Shown here: piece after piece, positions 1-16,565 of the stretch
Numbering within the stretch: the stretch's first letter is position 1
Layout: each line of letters begins with the position of its first letter
NCBI GenBank assembly: GCA_004431415.1
Contig: QPMI01000230.1
Coordinates: 1-64,000 of the forward strand
DNA length: 64,000 nt
Reading direction: 5' to 3'
Source: Cyanophora paradoxa CCMP329
Lineage: Eukaryota > Plantae > Glaucophyta
The notes under the pieces: generated by a model
What the model saw: the letters and a program-made list of their open reading frames with translations, nothing else
Databases searched by the model: none
Told to the model about the DNA's origin: nothing
Program-made: the position numbers and the translations under genes

Positions 1-3000
1 CTGCTGGTAGCCCCCCCCCGGAGATTGGGGCTGCGGGGCGCCGTGCGGGGCTGGGCGGTCAGCGGGGGGTACGGGCCGTGGTGGGGCAGAGGGGGGCCGG
101 CGGGGGCGGTGGAAAGGGTCGGGGAGAAGGCCGGCGCGGGGGGGGCCTGGGGGCTCGCTGGGCGTCCGCGGGGTGCGGGGGGTACGGCTCCGGGCGGGCG
201 AGCGCGTGGGAGACGGGGGGCTGGCCCGGCCGCGCGGGCGGGGCGGCGAGCCCGGGCGCCCTGCCGCCGGCGCCTCCGCCCCCTCCCCTGGCGGCTCGGG
301 GGTAGACGAAGTCGAGGCCGTCGCGGGGGGTGCGGACGCGAGGTCCGAGGGGGGCGAGGGGAGGAGGGAGGTGTCCAGGGGCACGAGGGCGGGGGCGGCG
401 GGGGACGGGAGGGGCACGGGATCGGGGAGGAGGCCCTGCCCGGCGGGGGGCGGGGGTACGGGGTCCGGGAGGAGCCCGGGGGGCGGGGCGGGGACGGCGG
501 GCTTGGTCGAGGTCGCTGCGGCGGTGGGGGCGGGGGCGGGGGCGCCAGGCGGGGGGCTCTTCTTGAGGAGGGGCCCCCGCTTGGCGAAGATCTTCGCCGC
601 CAGGTCCCGCCTCCTGGGGGGTACGTGAGCGGGGGGGGGGACGCGAGGGGAGCGGGGGGCGCACTCGAGGCGCTCCTTCTCCGCCGCTGTGGAGGAGGAG
701 GAGGCGCCCGGGGCGTCGCCGGGGGCCCCCGGGGGCGAGCGGCCGCCGGCCGGGGCGGGCCGGGGGGCCCCCGCGTGCTCCTTGCAGCGCTTGCCTCCGC
801 CCACGACCAGCCGCCCGCACGGCACCTGCCGCGCCCAGTCGATACAGCGAAGGGGGCCCCCGCGCGCTGCCGCCCGCCGCCGCCGCACCATTGGCGCCGG
901 CGCAGACGCGTCCTCCGACTCCCGCTTGGCCGGCACGGGGTACGCGCACCGCGTCTGAGGGGCGTACAGGTCGGATCAGAGGACGCTGGCGCACAAGGAA
1001 CGGCGCGGGGACCTTCGAAGCGGCGGCGGCGGCCTTCGCGGCGTGCGTGGCGCAAAGCTGCCCGATGCGCGAGACCTGCGGGGTACCACATTCAGCGGGA
1101 GGGCGAGGCGGCGGTCCGGGGGGTACAGCGCGCCTTCTTCTCGCAAGGCTCCTTCACGGCCCCCATTTGTATCGGTACCCCGCAGAGGTAGATTCTGCGG
1201 GAGGGGCACGATCGGCTGGCGAAGGGAGCAGGAACGCATTCCATCGTTTTCGGGGGCGCACTTGCTCCCGTCGGGCCCATTCTTGACGATCGTGTCGTGC
1301 TTCGGGCCCGAGTCCTGTGCCCCGGCCCCGGCCCCGTCGGCACGCACCCCCCGCGCCGAATGCGCCGTACCCCCCGCGCACCTCGAGCTTGGCCAGCTCC
1401 TCCGCGTTGAGATCCCGAAAGGCCCGCACGACCTGAGAGGGGGGGAGGGCGTCAGGGGCACGGGCTCGGCCCGACGAGGGGGTGCGGCGCGCCTTGAGGA
1501 AGTCCCCCCCCACGAGGTGCACGCGGCGCTTCGCGAGCGGCCCGCACGCCTGCGGATCGTGAGAGGAAGACGAGGGGGGAAGGTAGGGGGTTCAAGGGCG
1601 CGCCTCTCCGAACGCGGCGTCGTTGGGGGGGATGCGCTGCGCCACGGCGCGCAGCCACTCCGCCTGGGAGGTGGGGGAAGGTGGCTCAGGAAGGGTACGG
1701 CAGGGGGCGGGGCGGCAGGCGGGGATACCCGGAAGTACTCCTCGGGGCGAACTTGCCGCCTCCTTCATCGCGGCGGGCAGCTTGCTGAAGCCCTGCGGAG
1801 GAGGGTCGGCCGGCGGCGGGGGAGCGGCGAGGGGCGCGGCACCTTGCGGCGGGTCTCGATGAGGATGGCGTAGAGCTCCCGCTGCAAGCGCTGCGGGGAG
1901 GGCGGGGGGCACGAGAGGGCGTGGGCGGGCGTGCAGGGAGGGCGGGCGGACGGGGGCGGGCACCTGGAGGCGGGCGGGCGCCGGCGGAGGGCGCGAAGTG
2001 CCTCTCGTCCCTCGCCTCCTCCGCCGCCTGCGCGCATCGTATCCAAGTCGAATGCGATCCGGGCTCGGCGAGGCGCCGGCGGGGCGGGGCGGGGGCACCT
2101 TCCGCTCGGCCGCCGCCGCTCGCGCTCCTCCCCGCCCGCCGCTCCGCTCGTCGGCAATCTGCGCAGCCCCTCAGCCCGGCCCGGGGCGCGGAGAGGCGCC
2201 GGGCCGAGCCGGGGCGGGGCACCTTGCGGTCGCGCTCGTCGGCGGCGCGCCGTTCGGCCGACTTGGGCGAGGCGGACGGCTGCCCCGGCCCCGGCGGTGC
2301 AGGCGACGGCTGCGGCAGCGGCGGCGCAGGCGGCAGCGGCGGCGGCGACGCGTCCGCCGCGCCCAGCGCCGGGTCTGAGAAACTCTCAGAGGTGGCGGGG
2401 CGGGCGGGGCGGGGCGGGGGCGCCGAACCCTCGCCGCGTGCTCGTCCGTCTTGGGGCGCTTGTGGGCGGGCCGGGGCCCCGTCCTCCTCCCCGCGCGGCG
2501 CCTGGCCTCCTTCTCGGTGCCGTCTCACGGGCCGGCTCCTCCGCGCCGGCCCCTCGTCCCTCGTCTTCCGCTTCTCCTTCTTCGGCTGCGCGGGCGCGGC
2601 GCCGTGGGCGGGGCGGGGGCGGGGGCGGGGGCACGGAGCGGCGCGGTGCCCGCACCTTCTCGTCCTTCTTCTTCTTGCTTTCTCCCCTCCCGCCCGGCCT
2701 CGGCTTGGCCTCGGCCTCGGCCTCCTCGCCGCTCGCGGGGCCCTCGGGCGAGCCGGCGCACTGCACGCACAGGTGCTCCCGCCCGAACACCTGCGCCCGG
2801 CGCTCAGGCCGAGGCCGGCGGGGGCGCGGGACCGTTCGATGCGCAGGGTGCCGCACCGTGGGGAACTCCTCCTCGGGGGGCACGCATCCCTTGTGGTACG
2901 CCTTCGGGCACCTGCCGCCGGCGCGCAGGCCGCTCAGGCCCAGGCCGGCGCGGCGGCGGGGCGGGGGCGGGAGGCGGCGGGGCGCGGGCACCGGAAGCAG

Positions 3001-5266
3001 CGCGGGTCCTCGGGGCGGTCTCCTTCGCGCAGGCGCGCAGCGGTGGCGCGGGCAGCCGGCGATGCGGGCCCGAAGCGCTGCGCGGGCGCTCGGATGGGGC
3101 GGGGGGCTCCCCCTCGCTGCAGGGGCGGGGGCACCGTGGCCTTCTTCTGGGGGGCCACGCTCTCCACGGCCCCGGGGTCCGGGGCCACCCGCTTCAGGCA
3201 CTCTGCAGTCCAGGCCCCGCCGGGGCTCACGCGGGGGTGCTGCTTCTCGGAGGGGAGGGCGCGGGGGCACCGAGGTGGTAGTACTTGCCGCAGGGGGCGT
3301 GCTGCGGGAGGAGGGGAAGAGGGGCGTGAGAGGGATGCGGGGAGACGGGGGCGGCGGTAGGGGGCCTACCTGGCAGAGGAGGACGTCGCGGCCGTCGTCC
3401 CCGTACTCCTCGCACACGAAGCACGAGTGCTGAGGCACGAGTGCTGCCCGTCAGATGGATGCGAGGGGCGCTGGGGAGGCGCGCACGCGGTTGCAGGTGC
3501 AGTCGAGGCAGACCCAGGCGCGCTTGCCGCTCGGCATGCGCTTCATTCCCAGGCAGGCGAGGTGGAACGAGCGCTGGCACGCCTGCCGCCGGCGGGGCCT
3601 CAGGCCAGGGGAGCGGGGGAGCACGCGGGGGGCGGGCCCCCTCGGGGCGCTGGCGCACCCCCTCGCACATGAGGAGCTCGCCCTCGCCGGCGCACACGTG
3701 GCACAGGTCTGCACCCGCCTCGCCTCGGCTCGCGCGCAGGCGCGGGGTGGCGGGGGAGGGGTGGGGCGGGCGCGGGGCCCGCGGCACCGTCGTTGGTGGC
3801 GTCCGCGTCGCAGATGACCTCGTCCACGAACCCGTCCTCCTGCACCCGCCTCAGAGGTCGGAGGGGGGGGGGGGGACTCGAGGTGGATCGCGCACCTCCT
3901 TGCCGCTGCCGTCCTCAGCCTTCTCATCCTCCCCCTCCTTCTTCTTCCCCTTGTCCTTCTTTTTCGCCTTCTTTTTGGGTGGCTTGCCTTCGTCCTGCGC
4001 GTGGTTGAGCCGCTGCGGCAGGTGCGGGGGGCGGGGGGAGGGGCGGCGCGCCTCGGCCCCGCTGCCGCTGGCCTCCCCCTCGCTCCCGGGGGCCTTGTCG
4101 CCCCCCTTGTTCTTCCCCTTCTTCTTCTTGGGGCCGCCTTGGGGCCTCCTGCTCGCTCTGCGGGGCGCGTCGGGGGGCCGCGCCGTCGAGGGCGCCCCGC
4201 CCGGCGCACCTCGCCCCCGCTGCCGGCCTCGGACCCCTCCTCCTTCTCCCCCCCCTCCTTGCTCTTCTTGCCCTTCTTCTTCTTGTTCGGCTTCTCGGCA
4301 TCCTGGGCGGGGGTGAGGGGCGTGCGGGGCGGGGGTGAGGGGCGTGCGGGGCGGGGCGCCCCCGGCCGGCGCACCTCGCCCTCCTTCCGCTTCTTCTCCT
4401 TCTCCTTCTTCTTCTTGCCCTTCGCCGGCTTCTCCTCTTCTTCCTCCTCCTCGCCCTCGCTGCCGCTGCTGGCCTCCTTCGCCTGCGGAGGGTCGGCCCG
4501 GGCGGGGCGGGCGGGAAAAGCGGGTAGGCCGGGCCGGACCTTGTGCTTCTTGCCTCGCTTCTTGGAGCTGGCGCCGCCTTCCTCCTCCTCCTCGCTCTCT
4601 TCCTTCTTGTGCTTGTCTGTCTTCTTCTTCTCCTTCTTCGACTTCTTGGCCTGCAGGGCGCGCTCAGGGGCGGGCGTGGGGCGCCGGGTAGCGAGGCGAG
4701 CGCACGGATTCCTTCTCCTCTTTCTTCAACTTCGACTTGCCGCCGGCGCCGCTCTCCTCCGAATCGCGCTTCTTCTTGGACTTGAGGTCCGCGCCGCCGC
4801 TCTGCTCCTTACCGTCCTTCTCCTTCTTTACCTTCGACTTCTTCGATCCAGCGCCGTCCCCGTCCTGCTCCGCCTCAGCCCCGAACGCGATACCGGTCAC
4901 AACGCGGTCTCGGCGCCAACCTTCTGCTTGCCCCCGCTGCCGGATGTACGCGCATCGCCCAACTTCTCCTTCGCACCTGCATCGTCGCCAGCGGGACCCT
5001 CGGCCTTCGCAGCCTCGGCCGCTGCCGGCTCCTGCGCAAAGTTAGCGGCGATCGGGCCACGTACGGAGATGCGGGGCCGCGCACGGATGCCACGGGAGCA
5101 GCTGGAGGAATCAGAGGCGGCGCGACGCCGGCGTTCTGCAGGATTGCAAACAGGTCGATGCCGGCGACTGGCGAGGCGGGAGCGTCAGCGTCAGGCGCGG
5201 TGGCGCGTTCACAATGCGCGGCGACGCACGGCTTATGGCGGGGAGCCCGCCGCCGGTCGGGTCCAT
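1..5266 (-). CDS. Multi-exon tandem PHD-finger chromatin protein (NSD-like PHD array, Lys-rich N-terminal region); 3' end runs off the window
   Basis: Spliced exons give DLCHVCAGEGELLMCEG|ACQRSFHLACLG...WVCLDC, HSCFVCEEYGDDGRDVLLCQ|HAPCGKYYHL|ECL and CFR|CPKAYHKGCVP (PHD-type Cys/His patterns, ~2750-3720). Putative ATG at 5266 (MDPTGGGLPAIS); exact exon structure is uncertain. Confidence 0.7.
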
Positions 5267-5393
5267 TGCAGATGCGTACCCCCCGGACGCCCAAACAGTA
5301 GGGCCAAACTGTGCCTTAGCTATGCTGCCGTAGGGCCGTCCTCACGAAGCGCTTAGGTCCTACAGCGCATCTGCCAACTTTCTCAGCACTGCG

Positions 5394-8300
5394 ATGCTGG
5401 ACACGGTGCCGCCGGGGCCGACGACGCCCCGGCCGAGCACGCAGGCCAGCCCTCGCACACGGGGCCTGTCGCTGGGCACAAAGCCGGTGAGCACCGCCGC
5501 TGGCCGCGTTCCGCGTTGCTCCTCGAGCGACAGCTGGCCCGCTCAAGGGCATGGCGCTCACGGGTCGGCGCGCAGGGCGGGGGCACGTTCAAGTCGTTCA
5601 GCAGGGACGCGCAGCTGGTGCAGTCCGTCCTGATCGAGCAGGACGCGGCGCACGTCCCCCTCTTCATCGGCGACCTCTCCCACATCCAGAAGCCCTCGAC
5701 CGCCCCCGCCGCGCCTCCCGCGGGGTCGCCGCGCCCCACGACACGCGGCGCGCTCGGTGATTCACGTCCCACGCGCCCCGCGGAGGCCGCAGCTCACGCC
5801 CCTCGCCGCAGTGCCGCGCGATGAAAACTTCGCTGCAACGCCGCGGAGGGGTGCGCCCGCCCCGACCGCGCCCGCGCGAGCGGCGGCAGCCGAGCTGAAC
5901 CCGCGCTGGCGCAGCTCCCATGTCCCTGCAGCTCGACGACTTGGGGAGGCGTATGCGGGACCCCGGGCAGTCGCCCCCGCCCCTCTCGACCCGCGGCGGC
6001 GCGCGCCGTCCCCGCGAGCGCCGCGCCGCGGCCCCGCTGACCTCCCCCCGCAGATCGCGACAGGATACCCCTCAAGCTCGAGAGCCTGCCCCCCCTCCGT
6101 GCTTGCCTCCCGCCCCGCGCCCCGGCGGCCTCGCCTCCGCGTGACGCCGCGGCAGCGCCGGTCTCGACGCCGTCGGTGCTGGAGCGGACGCCGCGGGGGC
6201 CGGGCGGGGGCGGCGGGGAGGGGAGGTACGACGTGGCGCAGCACGCCATCCGCGGGGCCTGGAGCAGCGCCTCCCCGGGCGGCGCCGGCGTCCCCAGGTG
6301 CCCCCTTCCCCCTCGAGGCGAAGCGTGCGAGGTCGAGGCGGGGCGGGGCGGGGCGGGCAGGACGGGGGCGGACCTGGAGGCGTGGCTGCAGGAGAACCTG
6401 GTGGCGGCGGCGCAGTCGAAGGCGGGGGCGGGGGCGGGGCGGGGGTCCGGGGCGGGGCCCGACGTGGAGGGGGCCCTCCTCCTCAACGCCGGCTTCACCT
6501 TCGACCAGGGCCTCGGCGCCCTCGGCCTCGGTCCGCCCCCCCGCCCCCGCCCCACGGCCCCGCCCCCCTGCCTGACGCCGGGCAGCGCGGGGCCAGCTGC
6601 GGGGGGAGAGGATGCACGCCGACGCGATCGAGCGGCTCTACCGCGCCCTCTACGTCTACTCCGTCGGCTTCGCGGACGTCGTCCGCCCCGCCCGCACCCC
6701 CCCCGCCCCGCTGCCGTCGCCCCGCGCCGAGGCGCGAGGCGCGCGCGCAGCTGCAGCAGCTGAGCGAGCACGTCCCCGAGCGCTCGAAGCTCATCCCCAA
6801 GGCGCGCGCGCCCCCGGGGCGCCGCCGGCGGGGCCGGGGCGGGCGGGACGAGGGCCGACGGCGGGGGCGGGGCGGCAGGTGTGGCGGGCGTACATGATGC
6901 TGGTGGAGGAGCGGCAGCACCTCGCCTTCCCCTCCGCCCTCGCTACCAGTGCGCTCGCGCCCGACGGGCGGGGCGGGGCGGGAGGGGCGCGGCTGAGCTG
7001 CGCGGGGGGCAGTGGTGCGGGAGCAGGAGGAGGGCCTCTCGTCGGAGCGGCGGCGCCACGAGGCCGAGGTCGCCGCCCTCGACGCCCGCGCCGAGCAGTC
7101 CGCCCCGCCCGCCCCGCCCGCCCGCGCCCCCGCTCCGTTGGGCCGACGCGGGGCGACGCGGGGCGCAGGCTGGCGGGGAGGTGCAGGAGGCGCGGAGCGA
7201 GCAGTCGCGGCTGGCGGGGAGGTGCAGCAGCAGGCCGAGGCCGCCGCCGCCGCCAAGGCCGACGCCGACCGCCTCCGCCGGTGCCCCCGCCCGCCCTCCC
7301 CCGCCCCCGCCCCGCCCCGCCGCGCCGCGCCGACGCGCCGCAGGGAGCTCAAGCGGGAGGCCAAGGCCATGGCTGACGTCCAGGCACGCCCGCCCCGCCC
7401 GCAGGGCCCGCCCCCGGCAGCGGCGCCCCCCGCCGTGCGCTGACCGCGCTCGGCTTGCGTGCGCGCGCAGGGCGGCTGGCGCGGGAGCTCGCCTTCCGCG
7501 CCACCGTGCGCCCGCCCCGCCCCGCGCCGCCTGGGAGGCCTCCGACGCGGCGCGGGCGCGCAGCTGCGGGCGACGCTGGAGCCGCGCTTCGCCAAGTTCG
7601 CCGAGGTCCAGGACGTCTACCAGGGTGCCCCCCTCGCCCCCTCCCCCCCTCCCTCCCTTTCTTTCGTCCGACGCGCTCGGGCAGAGGCGCTCGGGGTGCG
7701 GCGGAAGGTGGACGGGCGGAGCGCGGAGGAGGGCGGCGGCGACGCCGTCCCGGGCTACGAGCCCGAGCCCGTGCGCCGCCCCCCCCGCGGGGCCGGCGGC
7801 TCTGCCGCGAGGCGTGGGCGAGGGGGCGGGGCGGGGCAGGTGGCGCTGCAGGTGCTCTTCGTGAAGGAGGACCAGATGCGGGCCGCCCTCCAGGTCCACG
7901 CCCCCCACCCCGCGTGCGGGGCCGGCCGGCTGACGGGCGGGGCGCGGGGGCAGAACGAGGCCTCGAAGCTGCTGCAGGACATCCGCAACGAGACCCGCGC
8001 CCGCCGCGAGGTCGAGATCATGTGCGCCCCCCCTGGCCTCCCCGTGCTCCTCGTGCTCTCGCCTCGCCTCGCCTTGGCTCACGGGGGCGCCGGGGCAGGC
8101 TGGAGGAGAGCCGGGCGATGATCCGGACGCTGGGCGACCAGGTCGGCGACCTCAAGGGCCAGGTGCCCCGCCCGCGCCCCGGCCCCTCGCCTCCTCTCTT
8201 GCGATCCCCCGCCGCAGCTGCACGAGGCGAACGCGGCGCACGCGCGGGCGAAGCGGGCCTTCGAGGAGTCGATGATGGGGCGGCTGGCGGAGCGGGAGCG

Positions 8301-11300
8301 GCAGGTGGAGGTGTGGCGCGGCCGCTACGAGACCGAGGCCGCCGAGGTCATCCGCCTCAACGACAAGCTCGCCGAGGTCCGCCCCCCCGCCCGCCGGCCC
8401 CAGGCGCTGCCGCGGCCGCCTGCTCGCCTCGGGCCCGGGGGCGCGGGCCGAGGGGGCGGGGGCGGCGCAGGTGCTGGAGCGGGTGACGGCGTCGGAGGAG
8501 GCGCGGGCGGAGCTCGAGGGGGCCCTCGACCGCGAGACCGCCGCCCGCTCCGCCGCCCTCGCCCGCGCCGACGCCCTCGAGAAGCCCGCCCCGCCCCGCC
8601 CGCCGCCCGCCCGGCCCCGCTGAGCCCCGCAGGGAGCTCGAGGCGGTGGGGAAGGACCGGGAGGCCGCCCGCGCCGCCGAGGCCCGCCTCCTCCAGGCCC
8701 GCCCCCGCCCCCGCCCCCCGCCCCGGGCCGGCCCCGCCTGACTGGCAGGCAGCGGGAGGCGGAGCTGCGGGGGGCGCTGCGGACGAGCATCGAGGCGCAC
8801 GGCGCCCTCCGCCTCGCCATCCAGGTGCGAGGGGAGGGGGCAGGGGAGGCGCGCGGCGCGTGGCGAGCGGGGGCCAGGGGGAGATCGGGGAGCGTGTGGG
8901 GCGGGAGGGGGAGCTGGAGGCGGCGCGCGCCCTCGTCGCCTCCTTCCGGGAGCGCGAGGCCTTCATGATGGAGAAGATCCTCAACCAGGCCCGTCGCCCC
9001 CCCCCCCCCCCCCTCCCGCGGCTCCCGGGGTCTCGCGCTCGAGCCGGCGGCGAGCAGGTCCAGGCGATCCGAGCGGCCGACGAGGACCGCCGCAAGCGGT
9101 CCGCCCGCGCGCCGGCCGGGCCCCCCTCCGCCCCCTCGCTGAGGGGGCGGGCAGGGCGGCGGAGTACGCGGCGGCGGAGGGGCGGACGGTTGAGGACCAC
9201 CACGGGAGCCTCGGGCCGGCCCCCAAGATGGGCGAGGTGGCCCCCGCCCCCCGCCCCCCGCGCCTCACCCGCGCAGGGGGCCTGAGGCGGCGCGGCCCGC
9301 AGGACGTGGTGAAGGACCTGGAGTACCTGACGATGCTGGCGGGGCGGGAGACGCAGCGGGTGGGCGAGGCGGTCTTCCACGGGCACATGGAGGTCGAGCG
9401 CCTGCGCTCCGAGTTCCGCCGCTCCGACGCCGAGCGCATCGCCGAGATCGAGCGCGTGCGCCTCCCGAGCTCGTCTCGAGCTTCTCCGTCCGCCTTTCAC
9501 GCCCGCCCCTCGCCGGGGTCGCGCAGACGAAGAACGAGCTGGTGCGGGCGTCGCACCGCATCGCCCTCCTCGAGAAGGAGGTCGCGGTGCGCCCTCCCCG
9601 GCCCCCGCCCCGGCCCCCGCCGGCACGCTGGCCGCCGCCGACCCTGGAGCGCAGGCGCACGAGGCGACGATCGCCAACAAGACCTCCAGGTGGGCCCCCG
9701 CCCTCAGCTGGACGCCGTCGCGCGCCCCGGGCCCGGCGGCCGACGCCGGCGCGCCCGCCCGCCGCAGCGCCCAGGATCTGAACAAGAAGCTGGCGCTGGA
9801 GCAGGACGGCCGCCGCGTCGCCCTCAAGCGGGCGCGTCGTCGTCTCTCCCTTCGGTTTGCGGCTGGCTGAGGGAGGGAGGCCGGTTGCGCGCGCAGATCA
9901 CGGAGCTGCAGGAGATGGTCGACGCGATGGTGCGCCGGCCGAGCGCGCGCCCGACGCGACGCGACGGGACGCGGTGCGACGCGGTGCCGGGGCGCGCAGG
10001 TGACGTCGAACGCAAAGGAGGCGGTGGCGAGCAAGGAGGCCGTCGACGGCGCCAAGCGCGAGCTCGACCTCGTCCGCCCCCGCCCCGCCCCGCGCGCTCA
10101 GTCCTCCCGGGGGGGACGAGGGCCGAGCGGCGGGGCGCAGGAGCGGGCGGGGAAGCAGGCGGCGGAGGCGCGCATCGCGAAGCTCAACGAGGAGCTCGGG
10201 CGCGCCGCCCGCGCCAAGTCCGAGACCGACGCCCTCGCCGCCCGCCTCAAGGGCGAGCTCGACGCCATGCGCAAGGCGAGCCGGCGCGGGGCCGGGGAGG
10301 GAGGGGCCCGAGCTGCGCTGACGGAGGGGCGTGGGGGGCAGGTGGCGGCGCTGGTGCCGGGGCTGGAGTCGAAGCTGGCGGAGGAGCGGGCGGGGCGGCT
10401 GGCGAGCGAGGGGGCGCTGGAGGAGACGCGGCGGGACCTCGAGGAGGCGCAGGCCGCCATGCGCGTGCGCCCGCCCCACGCAGAGCTGCCCCCGGCGCCC
10501 CGCCGGGCCGCCCCGAGCGCCGCGGGGCGGGGGCGCGCAGGAGGTGGAGGAGGAGGCGGGGGTGCTGGAGGCGGAGAACGGGCGGCTGGAGGCGGCCAAG
10601 GAGCTGCTCGAGGCCGAGTGCGCCCGCCTCGTCGCCGAGATCGGCGAGGTCGAGCACGACATCGAGCTCGTGCGCGGCCCGGCGCGGCGCGCGGCGGGGC
10701 GCGGGCGGGGCGCGCGGGGCCGAGCCGGGCGGGCGCAGGCGGAGCAGGAGGCGGCGGAGTGCCGGGCGCAGTCGGCGGCGGACCGCGAGGCGCTCGTCGC
10801 CGTCGAGCGGCGCTACGAGCAGGCGCCCCCGCCCGCCCTCCAGCCAGCCCCAGCGCGCCCCTCGGGCCCCCGCCCTGACCGCCGCACCCCGCCCCGCAGC
10901 TGCGCCTCTGGTCCCTCTCCGGCGCCGAGCAGCGCGAGGTCGCCCTGGTCCGCGCACCTCCCTCCTCCCGCACCCGCCCCTCTGCCGCCTCTGACGCCCG
11001 CGGCAGCAAAAGGAGATCCGGGCGCTGCGGCAGCGGATCAGCGAGCTCACGGAGGCGGCGAAGCGGGGCGGGGAGGGCGAGGGCCCGCCCAGCCCGGCCA
11101 AGCGCCCCGCCTCGGGCTCGGCGACGGCTGCCGGCGGGGGCGGCTCGGGCCGGGGACGCCGCGGGGGCGGGCGGGGAGCCGCGGGGAGATGGCGGGGATG
11201 GCGCCCATGCAGCTGCCCGAGCAGGCCGACGGCGCGGCGGCGGCGGTGGCGGCCGCGGGCCCACCGGCCGCCGCGCCTCCGTCTACCGCCGCGCCTCCCT

Positions 11301-12698
11301 CGTCGGCGACGCCGGTGCGCCCGCCGGCGCTCTCGCGCCCCGCGGCTCCCCTCACCGTGCGACGTTCGTAACGCCGGCGGCGCGCGCGCAGTGCCGCTGC
11401 AGCCGCAGCGGACGGTGGGCTCGGCGCGCCCCGCCAAGTCGCTGGAGCAGCAGCTGGCGGAGATGCGGCAGTCGGGGGCGGTGCTGGAGATCAAGCTCGA
11501 GGGGGAGGCGCGCGCGCGCAAGCTCGTCGAGGAGGAGAACGCGCGCCTGCGGGCCGCCCACGACCAGCTCCGCCTCCGCCTCCAGGTCCAGGAGAAGCTC
11601 GCCGCCGCCCGCGCCGAGCTCGAGCGCGCCCGCGACGCCGGCGCCGACGCCGAGGTCGCCGCCGCCACCGCCGTCGCCGAGGCCGCCGAAGCCGCCGCCG
11701 CCGCCGCCCCGCCCGTCCCCCAGCTCCACCTCTCCGCCCGCCGCCCTCGGCGCCGGCGGAGGGGCCCAAGGAAACGGGGCCCGAGGGGTCGAGCCCGCCG
11801 CCGGTGGCGGGCCCGGCGGACATGAGCCCGCGGACGGTGGCGGGCCTGCTGGCGGCGCAGCCGACGATGCTGCGCGTGCCCTCCCCGCTCGCCACGACGC
11901 CCCTGCCGCCGCCCTCGCCGAGGGGCCCCGAGGAGGGCTCGCCCTCGCCGGCCCCCAAGTCGCCCCGCGAGATCCGCTCCACCATCCTCGAGCGCCGCGC
12001 CGCCCGCGAGGCCCGCCGCGCCGCCGCCGAGGCCGCCGCCGCCGCCGCCAAGGAGGCCTCGAGCGCGCTGACGCCGCTGGAGCGGGCGATGAAGGAGCGC
12101 GGGCGCGAGGCCGCCGGGCACGCCGGCTACCGCAACGAGGACCGCGAGCTGATCACGGCGGCGGCCGACGCGCTGCGGGAGATGCTGCCCCGGCGCCCCT
12201 CCCAGGGCTCGGGCTCCAACTCGGGGGCGACCACGCCGCGCCGCCCCAGCGCCGCTTCCGCCCCCGCCAAGGGCTTCCTCGCGACCTCCCTGCTGGACGG
12301 CCCCGAGCTGCACCTCGCGCAGGCCCCGCCGCCGAGCTCCCCGCCGCCCGCTCCACCGAGCGCACCGCCGCCCGCCGCGCCCGCCGCCTCGACGCCGCCC
12401 GCACGCCCGAGCCGCCCGACTCCCCCCGCACCGCCTCGCCCCACGACCCGCCGCCCGCTACGACGGGGCCGGGGCCGGGGCAGCCGCGACGCCGTTGCCC
12501 GGGCCGGCCCCGCCACCCGCAGGGCCCCACGCCGCCGCCCCTCGGCAGCCCCGCAGCCGTCCCGCGGCGTCGGGCCCCGGGCGGCCCGCCGGCGCGAGCG
12601 TGACGCCCGAGGGCGGGCGGCCCGTCGGCCCCAGGAGCGCTGGCACGCCCGAGCTCGAGGCGGGCCAGCAGCGCGCCGGGGCGCCCCCCTCTCGCTAG
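5394..12698 (+). CDS. Very long multi-exon coiled-coil protein of unknown function
   Basis: ATG at 5394. Dozens of short exons encode E/A/R/L-rich heptads (e.g. LEQQLAEMRQSGAVLEIKLEGEARARKLVEEENARLR) plus a non-repetitive segment HADAIERLYRALYVYSVGFADV. The tail is Pro-rich and the 3' end is approximate. Confidence 0.65.
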
Positions 12699-12854
12699 GA
12701 CTCAGCCCCTTTCCTTTTTTGCGCCCGTGTGAATATCCAGTCTTTCCAACCAGTCTGCCGCACAGCGCATGCGTAGCGCGAGGCGGATGCTAGCGCTGCG
12801 GCGTGTGTAACCGATTCGCCGAATGCCCCCCCCGCCTTCGTTCGCACCGACGGC

Positions 12855-13049
12855 GAAGGTTCTCGATCGAGCCGGCGGAGCACGCCTGGCGGCTGGAAAC
12901 GTCGCGGAAGCGATCGCTGATCAGCGCGGTCGACGGAGGCGGCGCGCCCGGCGACGGCGGAACATGCTCGAAGTTCTGGCAGCTTCGGCGGGTGGGGTAC
13001 GGGCGGGTGGCCGTCGGGTACCAGTTCGTCGGAAGTCGGCCGAAGCTTC
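12855..13049 (+). promoter_or_regulatory. Heat-shock-element-like motifs upstream of HSP90
   Basis: GAAggTTC at 12855-12862, imperfect GAAcaTGCtcGAA at 12960-12972 and GAAgcTTC at 13042-13049, all within ~310 bp of the HSP90 ATG. Confidence 0.5.
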
Positions 13050-13065
13050 CAGTCGTCGTTTTTAG

Positions 13066-16119
<3,054 letters not shown>

Positions 16120-16565
16120 GCGCGCGCCCCCGTGCCCCTTTCTCCGGCCCTCCCCGTCTGTCCTGCCTGCCTCCTCCCCCGCCAACCACCCCCGTCCCGC
16201 TCCCCTCCCGCATCCCCCTCTCGATTTTTCCTCCCCATCGTAAGGGGATCGACAGTTCAGACTCATGTATGGTCAACTTATGAATGTCCGCCTGAGCTCA
16301 AGTAATTTTCAGTAGGACCCAAAAAGCTGTCGCTCGCCACGGAATTTGGGAAGGGGATTTCGCACTGGGCGGGGCGCTATAACCGGAAGGGCACGGTAAC
16401 GACTGGTTCGAGCGCAGGGCTCAACGGGTCGCGCGGCGTTAGAGGTCAAAGTTCACAGACTTGTTGCAGGGGGCCTTGGGAATGCATTGAGCGGATTCGG
16501 AGAAGACTTCAGCAATCGGCTGGGGCACTGGGGCGCCTCTGGGGCGACAGGCCGCGGGGCGCCGC

